64,000 nt of DNA, from NCBI GenBank assembly GCA_051362555.1, contig CM120644.1, forward strand, positions 1,372,954 through 1,436,953. Reading direction: 5' to 3'. Below are positions 13,288 to 25,549 of the stretch, piece after piece (positions within the stretch are counted from its first letter, which is position 1; each line of letters starts with the position of its first letter). The position numbers and the translations under genes were made by a program. The stretch comes from Lingula anatina. Lineage: Eukaryota; Animalia; Brachiopoda. Under the pieces are notes generated by a model, which did not search any database, had not been told where the DNA came from, and saw nothing but the letters and a program-made list of their open reading frames with translations.

Positions 13288-15699
13288 CTATACAATAGCT
13301 TTGGTACTCCCAAATACCATTAGATCTTCACTTATAAGTTCTTGAACATCATGTATCACAAAACCATACTCGAACCTTATTCTATGGAAAACTTTCAACT
13401 TATCCCCTTCTAACAACAAAACTAGTTTATGGATTGGACGTTCTAATATAGTAGACGTAGAGGAGGGGATGCCTTTGGCAGAAAGATCAGGATTCCCCAA
13501 AAGAATCTTCACTCTGCGAACTAATCCATCCTCATCTATGCTCGCCTCTGTCACTCTGGCAAGTCGCCAGTCTCCTCTGTATAATCCTTCATCTTTGAGC
13601 AAAACAATGTCTCCCACTCCTAGGTTTCTTCGTTTCCCATTCCACTTTGTTCGTTGTTGCAGATTAAGAAGGTATTCCTTCCTCCAGCGACTCCAGAAAT
13701 TATCCGCTAACACTTGTACTTGGCGCCATCTTTGCCTTGCATACAGGTGCTCAAGTCCAAACTCTCCCAATGGCAATATTACCTTTGGCTTCATTGTCAA
13801 CAAATGGTTCGCAGTAAGTGATTCTGGACCAAGTGGATCATGTAGGTTCTGTACGGTCAAAGGTCGACAGTTAATAATGGCCATGACTTCATATAGGAAG
13901 GTTCTTAAGGTGGTTGTGTCAATACGAGAACCATGTTGCTCCAACATTGCTGCTAGTATACTTCTGATGGTTCTGATGTGTCGCTCCCACACACCTCCCA
14001 TATGGCTTGAGTGTGGGCTGTTAAACACAAAATCACACTTGTTCTCAATCATAAATTTCTTCAACTTGTCATTTTTGACCTCTTCAAGTGATTTATCTAA
14101 AAGCACTCTTGCTCCGATAAAATTTGATCCCTGATCACATCTGATTTGCCGTATGGGACCCCTCAAAGCTATCACACATCTTAAAGCATTTATGAAACTA
14201 TCTGTCGTCATGTCATCCAGGCATTCGATGTGTACTGCTCTTGACGTCATGCAGGTCACTATCAATCCATATCGCTTAACTTCATGGCGACCTTCTTTCA
14301 CAGAGAAGGGGCCAAAGCAATCAATGCCGCAGTAACTGAATGGGGGTGAAGGTTCTGTTCGATCCCTTGGTAAATCTGACATCCTCTGTTCTTCACTTTT
14401 GCCCCTGTTTTTTCTACAGGTTACGCATCTGTGTATTGCAGAAGCAACCGTCTTGCCTATACCAATGATATAGTACCCTTGGCAACGTATCTCATTCAGA
14501 GTAAAACCTCTTCCCTGGTGGGCTACCTTCTGATGGCAATGACGCACAATTAGGTCTACAATATGTCCTGACTTTGGCAAAATTACAGGGTGTTGTACTT
14601 CGTAAGACAGTGAGGATCGTGTCAGACGTCCTCCTACTCGCAGGGTTCCTTCTTCGTCAATATAAGGATCCAGCTTGGAGAGAGGGTTTTTCTTCGGAAG
14701 CGATCCATCTTTGATTTGCCTAATTTCATCTTGGAACCGTTCAGCCTGAAGCAGCTTAAGAATAGTAAGTTCTGCCTTTCGTCGGTCAGCAGACAATGAT
14801 GAACCCATTTTGAGTAGACGTTTTCTAATGGTTGTCACTGCTGTAATGGCATTGGTCCAGGATGAAAATCTATTGAACTTCTGTGTAAATGTTCCTGCTT
14901 TTTCTGTAGTCTCCACTGCATTTACTGTTGCTTTCTTCAACTCTGGATCATTTGGATCAACCTCTGGATTTTCTTCTACCATGCTTAGAACTGGGTTTCT
15001 CAGGAATTCTGGGCCTTTAAACCAATTTGATGCCATCAGTTCCTCTGGATACAGCCCTCTAGAAGCATGGTCGGCCGGGTTATCATTGGTTGGCACGTAG
15101 TGCCACTGACTAGGGTCAGAAGCGTTTTGAATCGTCTGAATCCTGTTGGCCACGAAGACATGAAATCTTCTTACATTGTTCTTCAAATATCCTAGCACTA
15201 TCTTGGAGTCTGTCCAGAAATACTCCTTGAGGTTTTCATAGGTAATTTCAGACTTCAGCAGAGTACTCATCTTGATCGACATTGTGGCTGCTGTAAGCTC
15301 TAATCTCGGAATTGTAGTAATCTTGAGTGGCGCGACTCGAGATTTGCCCAACACGATACAGCAGTGGCACTCGTTTTTGTTATTCACTACTCGAAGGTAG
15401 GAGCATTGGCCATATCCTCTGGTACTTGCATCCGAAAAGTGGTGTATCTCTGCTGTGACAATTTTTCCAAAGTCTTGGGGAATATAGCATCTTGATAAAT
15501 GAATTTCCGCTAGCTTTGGCAATTCACGCAGCCATTTCTCCCATCTTGGTCTGAGTTCTTCTGATATTGGATCATCCCAGCTGGCTTTGGACGCACACAT
15601 CTCCTGCAGTATCTGTTTGCCTAATAGGATAAATGGTGCTATACAACCCAAGGGATCATAGACAGAGGCAACAGTCGAAAGAATTCCTCTTCTAGTCAT
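13288..15699 (-). CDS. BEL/Pao polyprotein fragment: Pao RNase H-like domain and integrase
   Basis: YDPLG, HHFSDAS, KSRVAP, TIPRLEL, WTDS, NPADHASRG, HH-CC zinc finger, GIDCFGP, CDQGSNF, GGVWER. In frame with the 15751-17730 ORF. Confidence 0.93.
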   Translation of the reverse strand: MTRRGILSTVASVYDPLGCIAPFILLGKQILQEMCASKASWDDPISEELRPRWEKWLRELPKLAEIHLSRCYIPQDFGKIVTAEIHHFSDASTRGYGQCSYLRVVNNKNECHCCIVLGKSRVAPLKITTIPRLELTAATMSIKMSTLLKSEITYENLKEYFWTDSKIVLGYLKNNVRRFHVFVANRIQTIQNASDPSQWHYVPTNDNPADHASRGLYPEELMASNWFKGPEFLRNPVLSMVEENPEVDPNDPELKKATVNAVETTEKAGTFTQKFNRFSSWTNAITAVTTIRKRLLKMGSSLSADRRKAELTILKLLQAERFQDEIRQIKDGSLPKKNPLSKLDPYIDEEGTLRVGGRLTRSSLSYEVQHPVILPKSGHIVDLIVRHCHQKVAHQGRGFTLNEIRCQGYYIIGIGKTVASAIHRCVTCRKNRGKSEEQRMSDLPRDRTEPSPPFSYCGIDCFGPFSVKEGRHEVKRYGLIVTCMTSRAVHIECLDDMTTDSFINALRCVIALRGPIRQIRCDQGSNFIGARVLLDKSLEEVKNDKLKKFMIENKCDFVFNSPHSSHMGGVWERHIRTIRSILAAMLEQHGSRIDTTTLRTFLYEVMAIINCRPLTVQNLHDPLGPESLTANHLLTMKPKVILPLGEFGLEHLYARQRWRQVQVLADNFWSRWRKEYLLNLQQRTKWNGKRRNLGVGDIVLLKDEGLYRGDWRLARVTEASIDEDGLVRRVKILLGNPDLSAKGIPSSTSTILERPIHKLVLLLEGDKLKVFHRIRFEYGFVIHDVQELISEDLMVFGSTKAIV

Positions 15700-15750
15700 C
15701 GGTCTTTCATTCAGTGTTAACTGAAAGCTGAGCTGGTCGCTATGGGTATC

Positions 15751-17730
15751 TCACTGAATTCCCAATACTCTCTCTGTGGCAGGTAAAGGCAAATCAACAG
15801 TGGTGCTCTGTGCCCCTCTTTCTGATACGGGTATACTCTCCAAAACTTCTTGGTTGTTGCTAATAAACTTGTGAAGTCTTATATTTGCTTTCTGAAATAG
15901 CTGACGTACGCCTTCAATAAGCTGCTTTGCCTCCTCAGCAGAATCAATGCTTAATAACAAGTCATCTACGTAAAGGCAATTACCAGCTACCCAGCAAACC
16001 TTCTCATCAAATTCTTCTCCATGGTCTTCAACCAGTTGTTTCAAAGCAAAGTTAGCACACGCAGGGGAACTGGCAGCTCCAAACAGGTGAACTGTCATCC
16101 TAAATAGCTTAGGTGTGCCTTCTTGGTCTCCATCCCACCACAGGAACTGGAAGTAGTTACGATCTCGTGGGTCTACCTTGAACCGATAAAACATTCGTTC
16201 TATGTCTCCTACAACAGCTACTGATCCCTCTCTGAATCTCAGGAGACATCCTATCAAACTGTTGGTGAGGTCTGGACCTGAGATGAGGTTCTCATTCAGG
16301 TTAATGTTCTTATATCTCGCTGCGCAGTCAAATACTACCCTGAGCTTTCCTTTACGTTTATGGTAAACTCCATGGTGCGGCACGACCCATCTGTGTCCTC
16401 CAGCTACATCTTTGTCTGGAACAGGTTCAGCTTCTCCGCTTTCTATCATCGCGTCCATGAACTTCTTATATTCGGCGGCAAATTCTTTGTCTGCAAATTT
16501 CTTTCTCAGATGCTCAAGTCTTCTCATGGCCATGGGCATGTTGTCAGGCAACTGTGGGGCATCAGTTCTAAATGGTAGAGGCATGGTATAGAAATTGTCT
16601 TGGTCTTGATAGATTGTGTCTTTCATCTTCCTTAAGAACTTCAAGTCATCCTGGGACAAGGAATCTTCTGACTTGTGCTCATCCCTGAAGTCCGCTTCCA
16701 GTAACTGAATTATCTCTGGCTCAGTTACTGTCTCTTTAACCTTTGTTCTGTGGACAAAAGTCACTTCTCCTCTATCATCGACTCTCAAATCCTTTTGTAT
16801 TTCTTTCCTCATCACTCTGTGACTGAGGTGATATTCATCTGTGTCTTCTCGTCTGGTCCTTCCCACGACGCTCCATCCCAGGGGTGTCTGTATTCCATAG
16901 GGTTCCTCGTTTGCTCCTACTCTGACACTAAGGGGTACCAATGCACGAGAGCAGTTGTAACCTATAAGTAAACCTGCGTCGCAATTCTGGAGCGGTGCAA
17001 TTTGGCTCTGTATATTTTGCAGGTGATTCCATCTTCTTGCATCAGATGGTCTAGGTACATGTTTCTTGTTGAATGGTATGTTTTCTCTTGTATAACAGGT
17101 TGGTAGTGCTATAGTTTCTGTTAAGTTAAAACCTCTTACAGTCAATCCTGGAACCTTTGAAGTTTTGACTACATAGCTGGAGTTGACTGTTGAAATCCTG
17201 ATACTTGTAGGTACGCTTTCTGCATTCAGCTTGGCTGCTAACTCTTCGCTAATGAACGTAACATCACTTTGACTATCTAGAAGAGCATATGTCAGGATTT
17301 CATTCCTGGAATTTCCTACAGATATATAGACTGGAATTGTCATTGAACTGATAGCTCCCTCTAGGCAAGTACTTGACAATGTTCTTACATGTTGATCTTC
17401 TGGGTGTAGGACTTCGTAGTCCCCATGTAGTATGGCAGGGTGTTTACGACCACATCTACTGCATTGTTCCTTCCTTTTACACTCCTTGGCTAAGTGACCG
17501 TTTCTAAGGCAGCTTAGGCAAAGACCTCTTTTCTTTATAAACTCCATTCTTTCTTGTGGCGTTTTTCTCTCGAAGTTTCGGCATTCTCTGATGTCGTGTC
17601 CTATTTTCTCACAGAATGTACAGGCATTTTTCGTGACAGGAGGCGTTGGTATAGCTTGATCGCTCGTCTTCGTCATAAGGCTGGTGGAAGTGGGGGTTTT
17701 CTTGCTAAATGCAGTTTTAGCTGGTCTCAT
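15751..17730 (-). CDS. BEL/Pao polyprotein fragment: zinc knuckles, aspartic protease, reverse transcriptase
   Basis: CTFC..H..C, CLSC..H..C and CSRC..H..H knuckles; YALLDSQS; PHHGVYH..KLRVVFDC; HLFGAASSP; YVDD. Ends at a premature TGA after ERVLGIQ. Confidence 0.92.
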   Translation of the reverse strand: MRPAKTAFSKKTPTSTSLMTKTSDQAIPTPPVTKNACTFCEKIGHDIRECRNFERKTPQERMEFIKKRGLCLSCLRNGHLAKECKRKEQCSRCGRKHPAILHGDYEVLHPEDQHVRTLSSTCLEGAISSMTIPVYISVGNSRNEILTYALLDSQSDVTFISEELAAKLNAESVPTSIRISTVNSSYVVKTSKVPGLTVRGFNLTETIALPTCYTRENIPFNKKHVPRPSDARRWNHLQNIQSQIAPLQNCDAGLLIGYNCSRALVPLSVRVGANEEPYGIQTPLGWSVVGRTRREDTDEYHLSHRVMRKEIQKDLRVDDRGEVTFVHRTKVKETVTEPEIIQLLEADFRDEHKSEDSLSQDDLKFLRKMKDTIYQDQDNFYTMPLPFRTDAPQLPDNMPMAMRRLEHLRKKFADKEFAAEYKKFMDAMIESGEAEPVPDKDVAGGHRWVVPHHGVYHKRKGKLRVVFDCAARYKNINLNENLISGPDLTNSLIGCLLRFREGSVAVVGDIERMFYRFKVDPRDRNYFQFLWWDGDQEGTPKLFRMTVHLFGAASSPACANFALKQLVEDHGEEFDEKVCWVAGNCLYVDDLLLSIDSAEEAKQLIEGVRQLFQKANIRLHKFISNNQEVLESIPVSERGAQSTTVDLPLPATERVLGIQ

Positions 17731-17866
17731 AACAGAGTTGTTTACAATGTCGGATTCCTTTTTTACAAACTCTACAAACCTCTTGAAGCCTGGGAAACCT
17801 TGTGATTCTTCGACAATTCAGGCCCATCTTCGTGTGATCCATTCAGGTAGTTTCTGAAGTAACTTC

Positions 17867-18766
17867 CTATTTTCCCGACAGTCGTCCAGGATCTTCAACT
17901 CTCCTACATGATCTGTTGCTGCTAAACACTGCCTGAGAAAATCTGATAGTTTTCTGATCTGTTGCTGCTAAACACTGCCTGAGAAAATCTGATAGTTTTC
18001 TAAGTCCCTTACTGTCTCTACTGTTAATCTTGGGCCACTTTTCTAATTTGTCTCTGAAAGCCTCTGCTATCAAAAATTTATCACCATATCTATCTTCAAG
18101 TATCTCAAGGGCTTCAATGTAAGCCTCTTCTGAATCTAAGTAAAACAAATGATCCACTGTCTCTTTAGCTTCTCCTCTGAGGTACCTCTTTAGGTAGTAC
18201 AGCCTCTCACTGGGTGGGATATTTCTGCTTTCTATTAGAGTCTTGAATGCTAGTCGCCATGTTACATATGTTAGATAATTTCCCTCAAATACAGGTGGCT
18301 CTGGAATCGGTAATCTACTCAGGCTCAACTTCTCTAAGGCCCTCACAACATCATGGCTATAGCTGCTGTCTGACTCCTTCTTAGTAGTATCTTCACCTCC
18401 CATTGCTTTCCTAAAGATTTCTTCCCTTTTCTTGCTTTCATTCAGTTCTGATTCTAACAAGAGCCGCTTTCTTCTCTGCTCTAAACGTATCTGTTGCTCT
18501 TCTATTTCTTGCTGCGCTGTAAGGTACTTCAGCCTTTCCTTCAAAGCAACCTGTCTAGCTTCTTCTTCTAACTGTCGCTCCTTAAAAGATACGTTTGAGC
18601 CGGCTTGACTGACGGAGTCATCTGGATCTAATTCCTCAATTAGTCTTCTTCTCAAATCATCTTTAGGCGATATGTTTCTGACTGTTACTTCTTGGTCAGT
18701 TGGTGTCTGAGAATGAACTGTCCTAGTGCTGGGTAATGTCTTGGTAATGGTACCCTGTAGCTGCAT
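17867..18766 (-). CDS. BEL/Pao gag N-terminal portion (frameshifted)
   Basis: Coiled-coil region followed by LPIPEPPVFEGNYLTYVTWRLAF...RLYYLKRYLRGEA (DUF1759-like BEL gag). The frame is lost at a 46-bp tandem duplication, 17909-18000. Confidence 0.85.
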   Translation of the reverse strand: MQLQGTITKTLPSTRTVHSQTPTDQEVTVRNISPKDDLRRRLIEELDPDDSVSQAGSNVSFKERQLEEEARQVALKERLKYLTAQQEIEEQQIRLEQRRKRLLLESELNESKKREEIFRKAMGGEDTTKKESDSSYSHDVVRALEKLSLSRLPIPEPPVFEGNYLTYVTWRLAFKTLIESRNIPPSERLYYLKRYLRGEAKETVDHLFYLDSEEAYIEALEILEDRYGDKFLIAEAFRDKLEKWPKINSRDSKGLRKLSDFLRQCLAATDQKTIRFSQAVFSSNRSCRRVEDPGRLSGK

Positions 18767-19384
18767 CCATTTTTAATGTCAAGCAGTGAGCAGGTATTCT
18801 TAGAAAGGAGGGAGGGGGCAGGTGGTATGGGCAGCGTAACTTATTTGAATTCAAATAAACTTATCTACACTACACAAGACAAGTAAATTTCCAAATGTAG
18901 ACAGTTTCTCTATAAGTAATAAGCTAGCTAAAACATTTGAACATCAACAGCAAACATGTCAAATTGCCGAGTATCTTAATCTTAACAAACAAATAAATTA
19001 ATAATCATATGTATATTAAGATAGCCAATAATATATTCAGCTACACTGAGGTCTACTAGTATTTATAGTTATCTGTGGATATGAAATCAAGTGTCAACAT
19101 ATACTCGAGAAAGACTCAATTTCAGCTTTATTGCAAGCTGCGGATTGGATCTTAGCTCAATTTCCTTAATTACAGTCCCACCAGTAACTGCTAGTACTTG
19201 ACTGGGCCGGGTCATCTAAATTATGGCTGTTGACTGGCTCCAGGCATCTCATATATCTAGAGTTACCACAGGTTGTAAGTAGGTCATAAATTCTGTCTTC
19301 TTGGTTCGGTTGTTTGGTACGGGCCGTCTCAGGGCTTTAGTTGTGGACTATTGGTATGGGTCATCTCAAATCCAAGTCGTTGAC

Positions 19385-20203
19385 TGTAGCCACTTGCAAT
19401 ACTCACACACAACAACAACAGCTTTGCGTCGTTTTTACTGATTTATTAAACCGTCAACTGAAAAAATAATTGAAATAAAATAAGAAAATCATCTCATATT
19501 CTTGCCCTAGTTCTTTTATATAATGCTATTAAGTCGCTTAAATAACATCTTTACTTAACAGTTGCATGTTATCCTATCTTTATCTCCAAAATATAAGTAA
19601 CTCTTACCGACTTTGGGCTATTCTAGTGTAATGCAAGCGACTGGGTTCTAAATGATTGTGTAGTAAATCTCATCTGGCGCAACTAACACAATGAAAAAAT
19701 ACGCTTTTAAAAATAACATTGATTACGAACATAAAACAAACAATCTTTAACTCGCAACTAGTACAGCTACATTCTCGTTTCTAAACAATACACTACACTT
19801 TACTGAACTTTCTTTACTCCAATACTGAAAGGCACAGTGATTGTGTTACATGTACTGTGCATTGTACATCAGACCGGCATTTCTAACGCTACTCAAAGTT
19901 GCAGTTTACAATGGAAAACTAATTTTATCTTCTCGCAATTATCTTTAAAAGAACTTTCATTACTTAAAAATTAATTGCTAACCTTATGGGCCAGATTCCT
20001 GTTACAAGAACACTTGTAATTACGGCTGTCTCAGCATCTTATATCAGCCGATCTCATTCCACGTGGAATCACATTCTATCCCATCATTATCATAAGCGCG
20101 CTAAAAACAATTGTTACTCAACACCGATGCGACAAACAAGTGAGTAGCGCGTCCAAAGTAAAGAAATAAGATTTATCTATAAAACACTGCTCTGGCAGTA
20201 ACA
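19385..20203 (-). repeat. 5' LTR of the BEL/Pao element
   Basis: Direct repeat of 12374-13192. Confidence 0.95.
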
Positions 20204-20638
20204 GTCTCTCCCTTCAGATCAATGCAGTTCAGTGCTTTTAACCCTCTGTTGTGCTTATTGACGGAGACTATTAAGACTATGAAGGCGGAGACTGTGTCAA
20301 CACCTATCAAATTGGAGCTTTTTTACAAGATTGGTGGAACACATTTGGATTTTGACTCGAGCACCATTCAGATAAATGATACAGCATAGGCCGGTTTGGT
20401 TTAAACACTGGCAGGATCATCGCATGTCATATTTACAGATTGTCAATTAAAACTCGTTCATTATATTTTTTTTCTGACTAGCCTTAACTAGCCATTAGAA
20501 ATACATGTATTAAGCTGAAGTGTACATGTATTAAGCTGAAGTACACAATCGCGAAAAAAATGTGGTAGTAAAACGACATCTTACCACAAAATTCCCCATG
20601 GGCTAATAAATCTGTTCTATGCTCCGTATGGAGGCTTT

Positions 20639-21372
20639 CTATCGAGTACCTTTGTATCCGTAACCTCCTCCGTTGCTGTTGTATCCGTTCAGGTGATATC
20701 CGGTGCGATCACCATATCCGTACCCTTGAAAATTGTAGCTGTTGTCGCCATTTCCACAGCCACCTGTTTGGTCTACAGAGTGAGTCCTTTTACAAAATAA
20801 AAAAGACAAATACCTTTTCAATTTCATTGAGATAAAATTAACAAAATGAAAAAAGAAAACGTCGCCTTTCAAAAAGTCTTCAGTGGCACTCCGCTTATTA
20901 GACATGCAATAAAGGTTGAGCATATCATTTTCTCTATAAAATGATCATTTCTTCGCTTGTTTTGTCTCGATTCTCGAGCGCTGAACAAAATGAAACCACA
21001 ACACAAACTTGGTTCTAAACAAAGGTTAGCTAGGTAATTTCTACAGCTACACATTAAAAGAAAACAGACTGTCCGGATCAACCCCTTTTTAATTCCAATT
21101 GTACTATTAGATGATTTGAATGTTGATAAGAGTATATCAATAAACAAACAATGACACCGTAGTTAACCTCTCTCTCTCTCTCTCTCTCTCTGTCTCACGC
21201 GCACACACACACACACACACGCGCGCATACACACACACGCATACACACACAAATGCACACACGCATACTCACACACACGCATACACACACTAACACACCC
21301 ATCACACCAAGCGCTCCATGCACCGGTGGCTGTCATGGCGACGACAGCAGCGAGTAGAATCAGCTTCATCAT
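20639..21372 (-). CDS. Divergent, C-terminally truncated Gly/Tyr-rich peptide, subfamily A (possible pseudogene)
   Basis: Exon 1 21372-21299 MMKLILLAAVVAMTATGAWSAWCDG; exon 2 20786-20639 THSVDQTGGCGNGDNSYNFQGYGYGDRTGYHLNGYNSNGGGYGYKGTR*. A small deletion creates TAG before the paralogous GKPQYGG segment. Intron 2 holds the BEL element; exon-3 homolog at ~12261-12060. Confidence 0.6.
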
Positions 21373-22252
21373 TTTGGCGGCAAAAGAGCTGTCGTCTGCT
21401 GACTGTTGAAGTGTGACTTGGAGCTTGATTGAAGTCGAAGTCTGTCAAAACTGGACCAAGGCAACGGTTTTATATCGTTGTAACACACAACGAATTTGTA
21501 ATTGTTATACTTTTGGAAGCAAGTATTTGCGACGAAGATCGGGATGGTAAATTTGATGTAAGACGCATACGGAATAAATCATTTATTTGCGTTTCAGTTG
21601 GCAACGCATCGTCAAACTGCTACAATTATGGATGATTTATAAACAGTCAGTGCTTATTACAAGATAAATAAAGACTAAGGTAGAAACATGCCCAAAATGT
21701 TGTTAGCAGCTGTGCCTTATTTCTTTGTTGCAATTATAAGATGGGCTGGTATGCGATTTAGATTCATTCACCAATACTAGTTTATTAAAGCACTGCCTAT
21801 GTGGAAATGAAACATAGCCGCATTTATTTGATAATGAAGTATCGAAAAACAAACAAAAACACGCACTGAGAGAGTGTGTGTGTTTGTGTGTTTGGGAGTG
21901 AGTGAGTGAGAGAGAGAGGGGGAGGTAGGGAGGGGAAAGAGAGGATTGACTTGACCTGAGAGAGGATTGCATGTGTTATAACAATTCCATCATCACAAAA
22001 AATTAGGTGGAAAAGCGTTTCTATCTTCAGTTGTATAAAATGCATTGACAGTAATTCTTAATTAGCAGAGTCTTTAACGCATTCTATGCTTTAATTTGAC
22101 TGAGGTGTTATTTAACGACTCTCCCCTCCTTCAAGATAGATCCAGTGCTCCCGCTGACTAGACGTGCATTGGGCGTCCGCCTGCAGTCATTCTTTTATGA
22201 ATTGAATCAGAATGATCACCTGAACTTGATGGATAAGTGTGGATACTTCAAT

Positions 22253-22302
<50 letters not shown>

Positions 22303-23085
22303 TACACACACACAAACATACACACATACACACACACACGCACACACACACACTAAGATAAAACATGCCGTCCAAAACATTGACAAGAAATATAATTTTT
22401 CAACAGGTGGGTAGGCTTTCTGAAATTCTCATAAATGTCTTAAAATGCAAAGAGACCTCCAAAATTCCCACTTATGTCACCGCTACATACCTTAGTTGTC
22501 CCTCTACGAATTCTAAAGAAATTTGAGAAGGAAACAAAATGTGCCCAAACGCCGCCTTACTTTATTGTTACAAGAAAAGGAGATTTCCAATAACATACTG
22601 TCAAGGAGAAGCAGTTGAGTGGTAATTTTCCATAGGTCTAGATCACAGAAAAGAGACTATTTCATTTTAGCAAACATATTTCCTTTTTTCTTTTTTTTTT
22701 TTTTTTTTCAAAAGCAACTGGTAGTAACGAACCAATGCTAATGAACTTGATGAATGCTGCTATATAAACAATACCCAATGAAAATAACGAAAAAAATATC
22801 TTGTCTGTCTTCTTATCACAAAGGTGGCAAGTCATTCAGGTCAGGGCAAAACAAATTTTACGAGTGTTTCATTAGATAAAAAGTGCTTGGGGTAAACTGA
22901 AAAGACATTGTTTATTGCAGCACTACAATTTATGACAGATGATAGGTGTAACCGGGTTGGCATCAATTATACGTAATTGTAAGCTTCAAGGCGGCACGTG
23001 AATTGGATGGAAAAGAGTGGTACAAATGTAGTTGAACCGGGCGCCTCCGAGATCTCTTTCTCTCTCTCTCTCTCTCACACACACA

Positions 23086-23119
<34 letters not shown>

Positions 23120-23388
23120 GACGTTTGAAAAACGCTCATATTGCCACGGATGATTTTTTTTTAATGCAGTGTATTATGCAATCCCAATTCCAAGCATATA
23201 AGATAAGAAATAAAATCAAACAAACAAAAGGGACATAGCCGATAGTTTATTCACATATGTGTGGGCTGATATGCAGTTTAGATACAGTCATCTCAACTAG
23301 ATTATTAAAGCATTGCCTATTTGGAAATAGAACATAAACGCATTTATTTGATAATGAGCTCTCGCAAAACACACAAAAGCACTCGCGC

Positions 23389-23462
<74 letters not shown>

Positions 23463-24236
23463 GGAGGGATGGTAGGGGGAAAAAAGAGAAGATTGGCTTG
23501 CATGCGTTATAACAATTCCATCATCACAAAAAATTAGTTAGGTAAGGCGTTTCTATCTTCAATTGTATTAACTGTATTAACATTTTTTTCTTAACAAGCA
23601 GATTCAGTGCTTTTTATGCTTAACTTTGACTTAGGCGTTATTTAACGGCACCCCCTCCTTCAAGATAGCTCCCGCTGACTACACGTGCATTGGTCGTCCG
23701 CCAGTAGTCATTCTTTCATGAACAGAATTATAATGATCACTGGCGGACGCTCAATGCACGTGTGGTCACGGGGAGTGCTGGACTATTTGTACAACTCTTT
23801 TCCATTCGATTTATCTACCGCCTTGAAGCTTACAAGTACGTATGGCACCAACCCCGAGTATGCCCATTATGTCTATCAAAGTCTTTCCATTGTACCCCAG
23901 GCGCTTCTTATCTAATGAAACACTAGTAAATATGTCTTGCCCTCACATGTCAAAACTTCTGAATGAATGAGTGACTTGCCAACTTTGAAGATACTTGGTA
24001 TCTGAAACCAAAGTAAGTGATAATGCATTTCACGTGTATCTTATTTAGCCATTCCTACCTTAACACATATCTTGAGGCAAAGTTTTCGGTTCCAAAATGC
24101 AATAATTACGCATTCGTTTTGTATTTTGGGACGTTATAAAATAGCTGCCTTGGTTTAGTTTTGACAGACTTCGACATCCGTCAAGATTCAAGTCCTTCTC
24201 CTAAACTCCGCAGACTACATCTCTTTTCAAGCCAAG

Positions 24237-24312
24237 ATGATGAAGTTGGTTCTTTTCGCTGCTCTCCTGACCGTGGCCGCCGCCATGTATTGGGAAAGTC
24301 TTGGTCAAAGGT

Positions 24313-24344
<32 letters not shown>

Positions 24345-25549
24345 TTAGTGAAGGATCCATACATGTTGTGGATTCTAGCTGCAACAGACAGTTCATCTTA
24401 TGGTGCATTTAGATTCAGTAAACAATCTGGACGACCATGCTTTTTTTTCTTTTACTAATGTAAATATTGTTTCGGGAAATTTCGATTTTTCTTATGATTT
24501 TTTTAATACTATGGGACTTGGATACTTTTGGACCTACATGGGCGTTGATAATGCTTTCAAATAGTATTTTGCCGCTTTTGACTTAATAGGTTTTGTACAT
24601 AGCTAAACAGGTCGTTCTCCAGTCTTCTCCGCTAGTCTATTCCCCCCCTCCAAAATACATGTCCAGTTGTAAAGGCCCTAAGGCTTATACAACAAAATCG
24701 AGATATTAGAAATGAGACAAAACCTGTGGGGTTTATTTTTTATATTGAAAACTGTAGGTTCCTGTTTTTATAAGGCCTCTTTAAGCAGTCAAAGTAATTT
24801 GAAAAGTAGGATTTGAAAAGTTGTCTTTTATAATTTGAATTAGGACTTACTACGGCTATCAACCAGACAGATATGGATATGGTTATAAACCAGACGACTA
24901 TGGCACCAACAGCGGATATCGCAGTTACGGCTACAACAGCTATGCAGGGGTAGGGTATAACTACAACAGAAGGAACGGATACACTGGATACGTACCAAGG
25001 CCTTATAACCCAACGTGAGTTTAATGTTGACATTTTGATTTTGTTATATAATTTACTGTATCTTTTTTACCTAGAACATGTATAATCTGGTTTCTCCGAC
25101 TAAAAAAGTATGAAAATTATGTATGACATTCAGGTATAAACATTATAACATTTTTGAATGTTTTTGTACCTTTTCTAACTCATCTTCGTAATAAGGCAGA
25201 ATAATTGTTCCCATTACTATAGAAAGACGACAAAGGAATGAATAACTTCTCAGTACTCTTTGCGTTTTTTAATAGCATTACATATGTTTGCTGCAAGTGT
25301 TATGTTAGACATACTTATACACGTGTTTGTGTTTGAATAACTGAAGATATAGGCCCTAACTACAAGAGGTGATTGCACATACTGGTATGTGTACATACAA
25401 ATACATGTATATTTGACAAATTTTGCAGGGAGGACTATTGCTTATGGTATCATATAATACAATCTGTGTTAAATGATAATTAACACAAAATAGCTGTCGT
25501 TTTCTTTGTGACCATCTAAACGAAGTTTTCTTTTAATTCCAGGCACTGA
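24237..25549 (+). CDS. Secreted Gly/Tyr-rich peptide, subfamily B, apparently intact 3-exon gene (83 aa)
   Basis: Exons 24237-24310 (AG|gtgaga), 24844-25014 (tag|G ... AC|gtgagt) and 25543-25549 (ccag|G CAC TGA). Product MMKLVLFAALLTVAAAMYWESLGQRTYYGYQPDRYGYGYKPDDYGTNSGYRSYGYNSYAGVGYNYNRRNGYTGYVPRPYNPTH. TATAAAA at 24135 and AATAAA at ~25743. Confidence 0.85.

Larger units (their letters stand above)
12374..20203 (-). mobile_element. Full-length BEL/Pao LTR retrotransposon (gag-pol disrupted)
   Basis: 819-bp TG...CA LTRs at 12374-13192 and 19385-20203, a 5-bp TSD GTCTC (12369-12373 and 20204-20208) and a purine tract next to the 3' LTR. The internal region encodes gag, triple Cys/His knuckles, protease, RT, Pao RNase H and integrase. 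Confidence 0.97.

Noticed and set aside
13469-14134. Plus-strand ORFs overlapping the retroelements (also 7946-8347 and 14810-15100)
   Set aside because: Antisense shadows of pol/RT coding sequence with no independent motifs.
24237-25549. Naming the peptides shematrin, prisilkin or NLP orthologs
   Set aside because: The resemblance is compositional only, and no diagnostic motif could be verified without a search.
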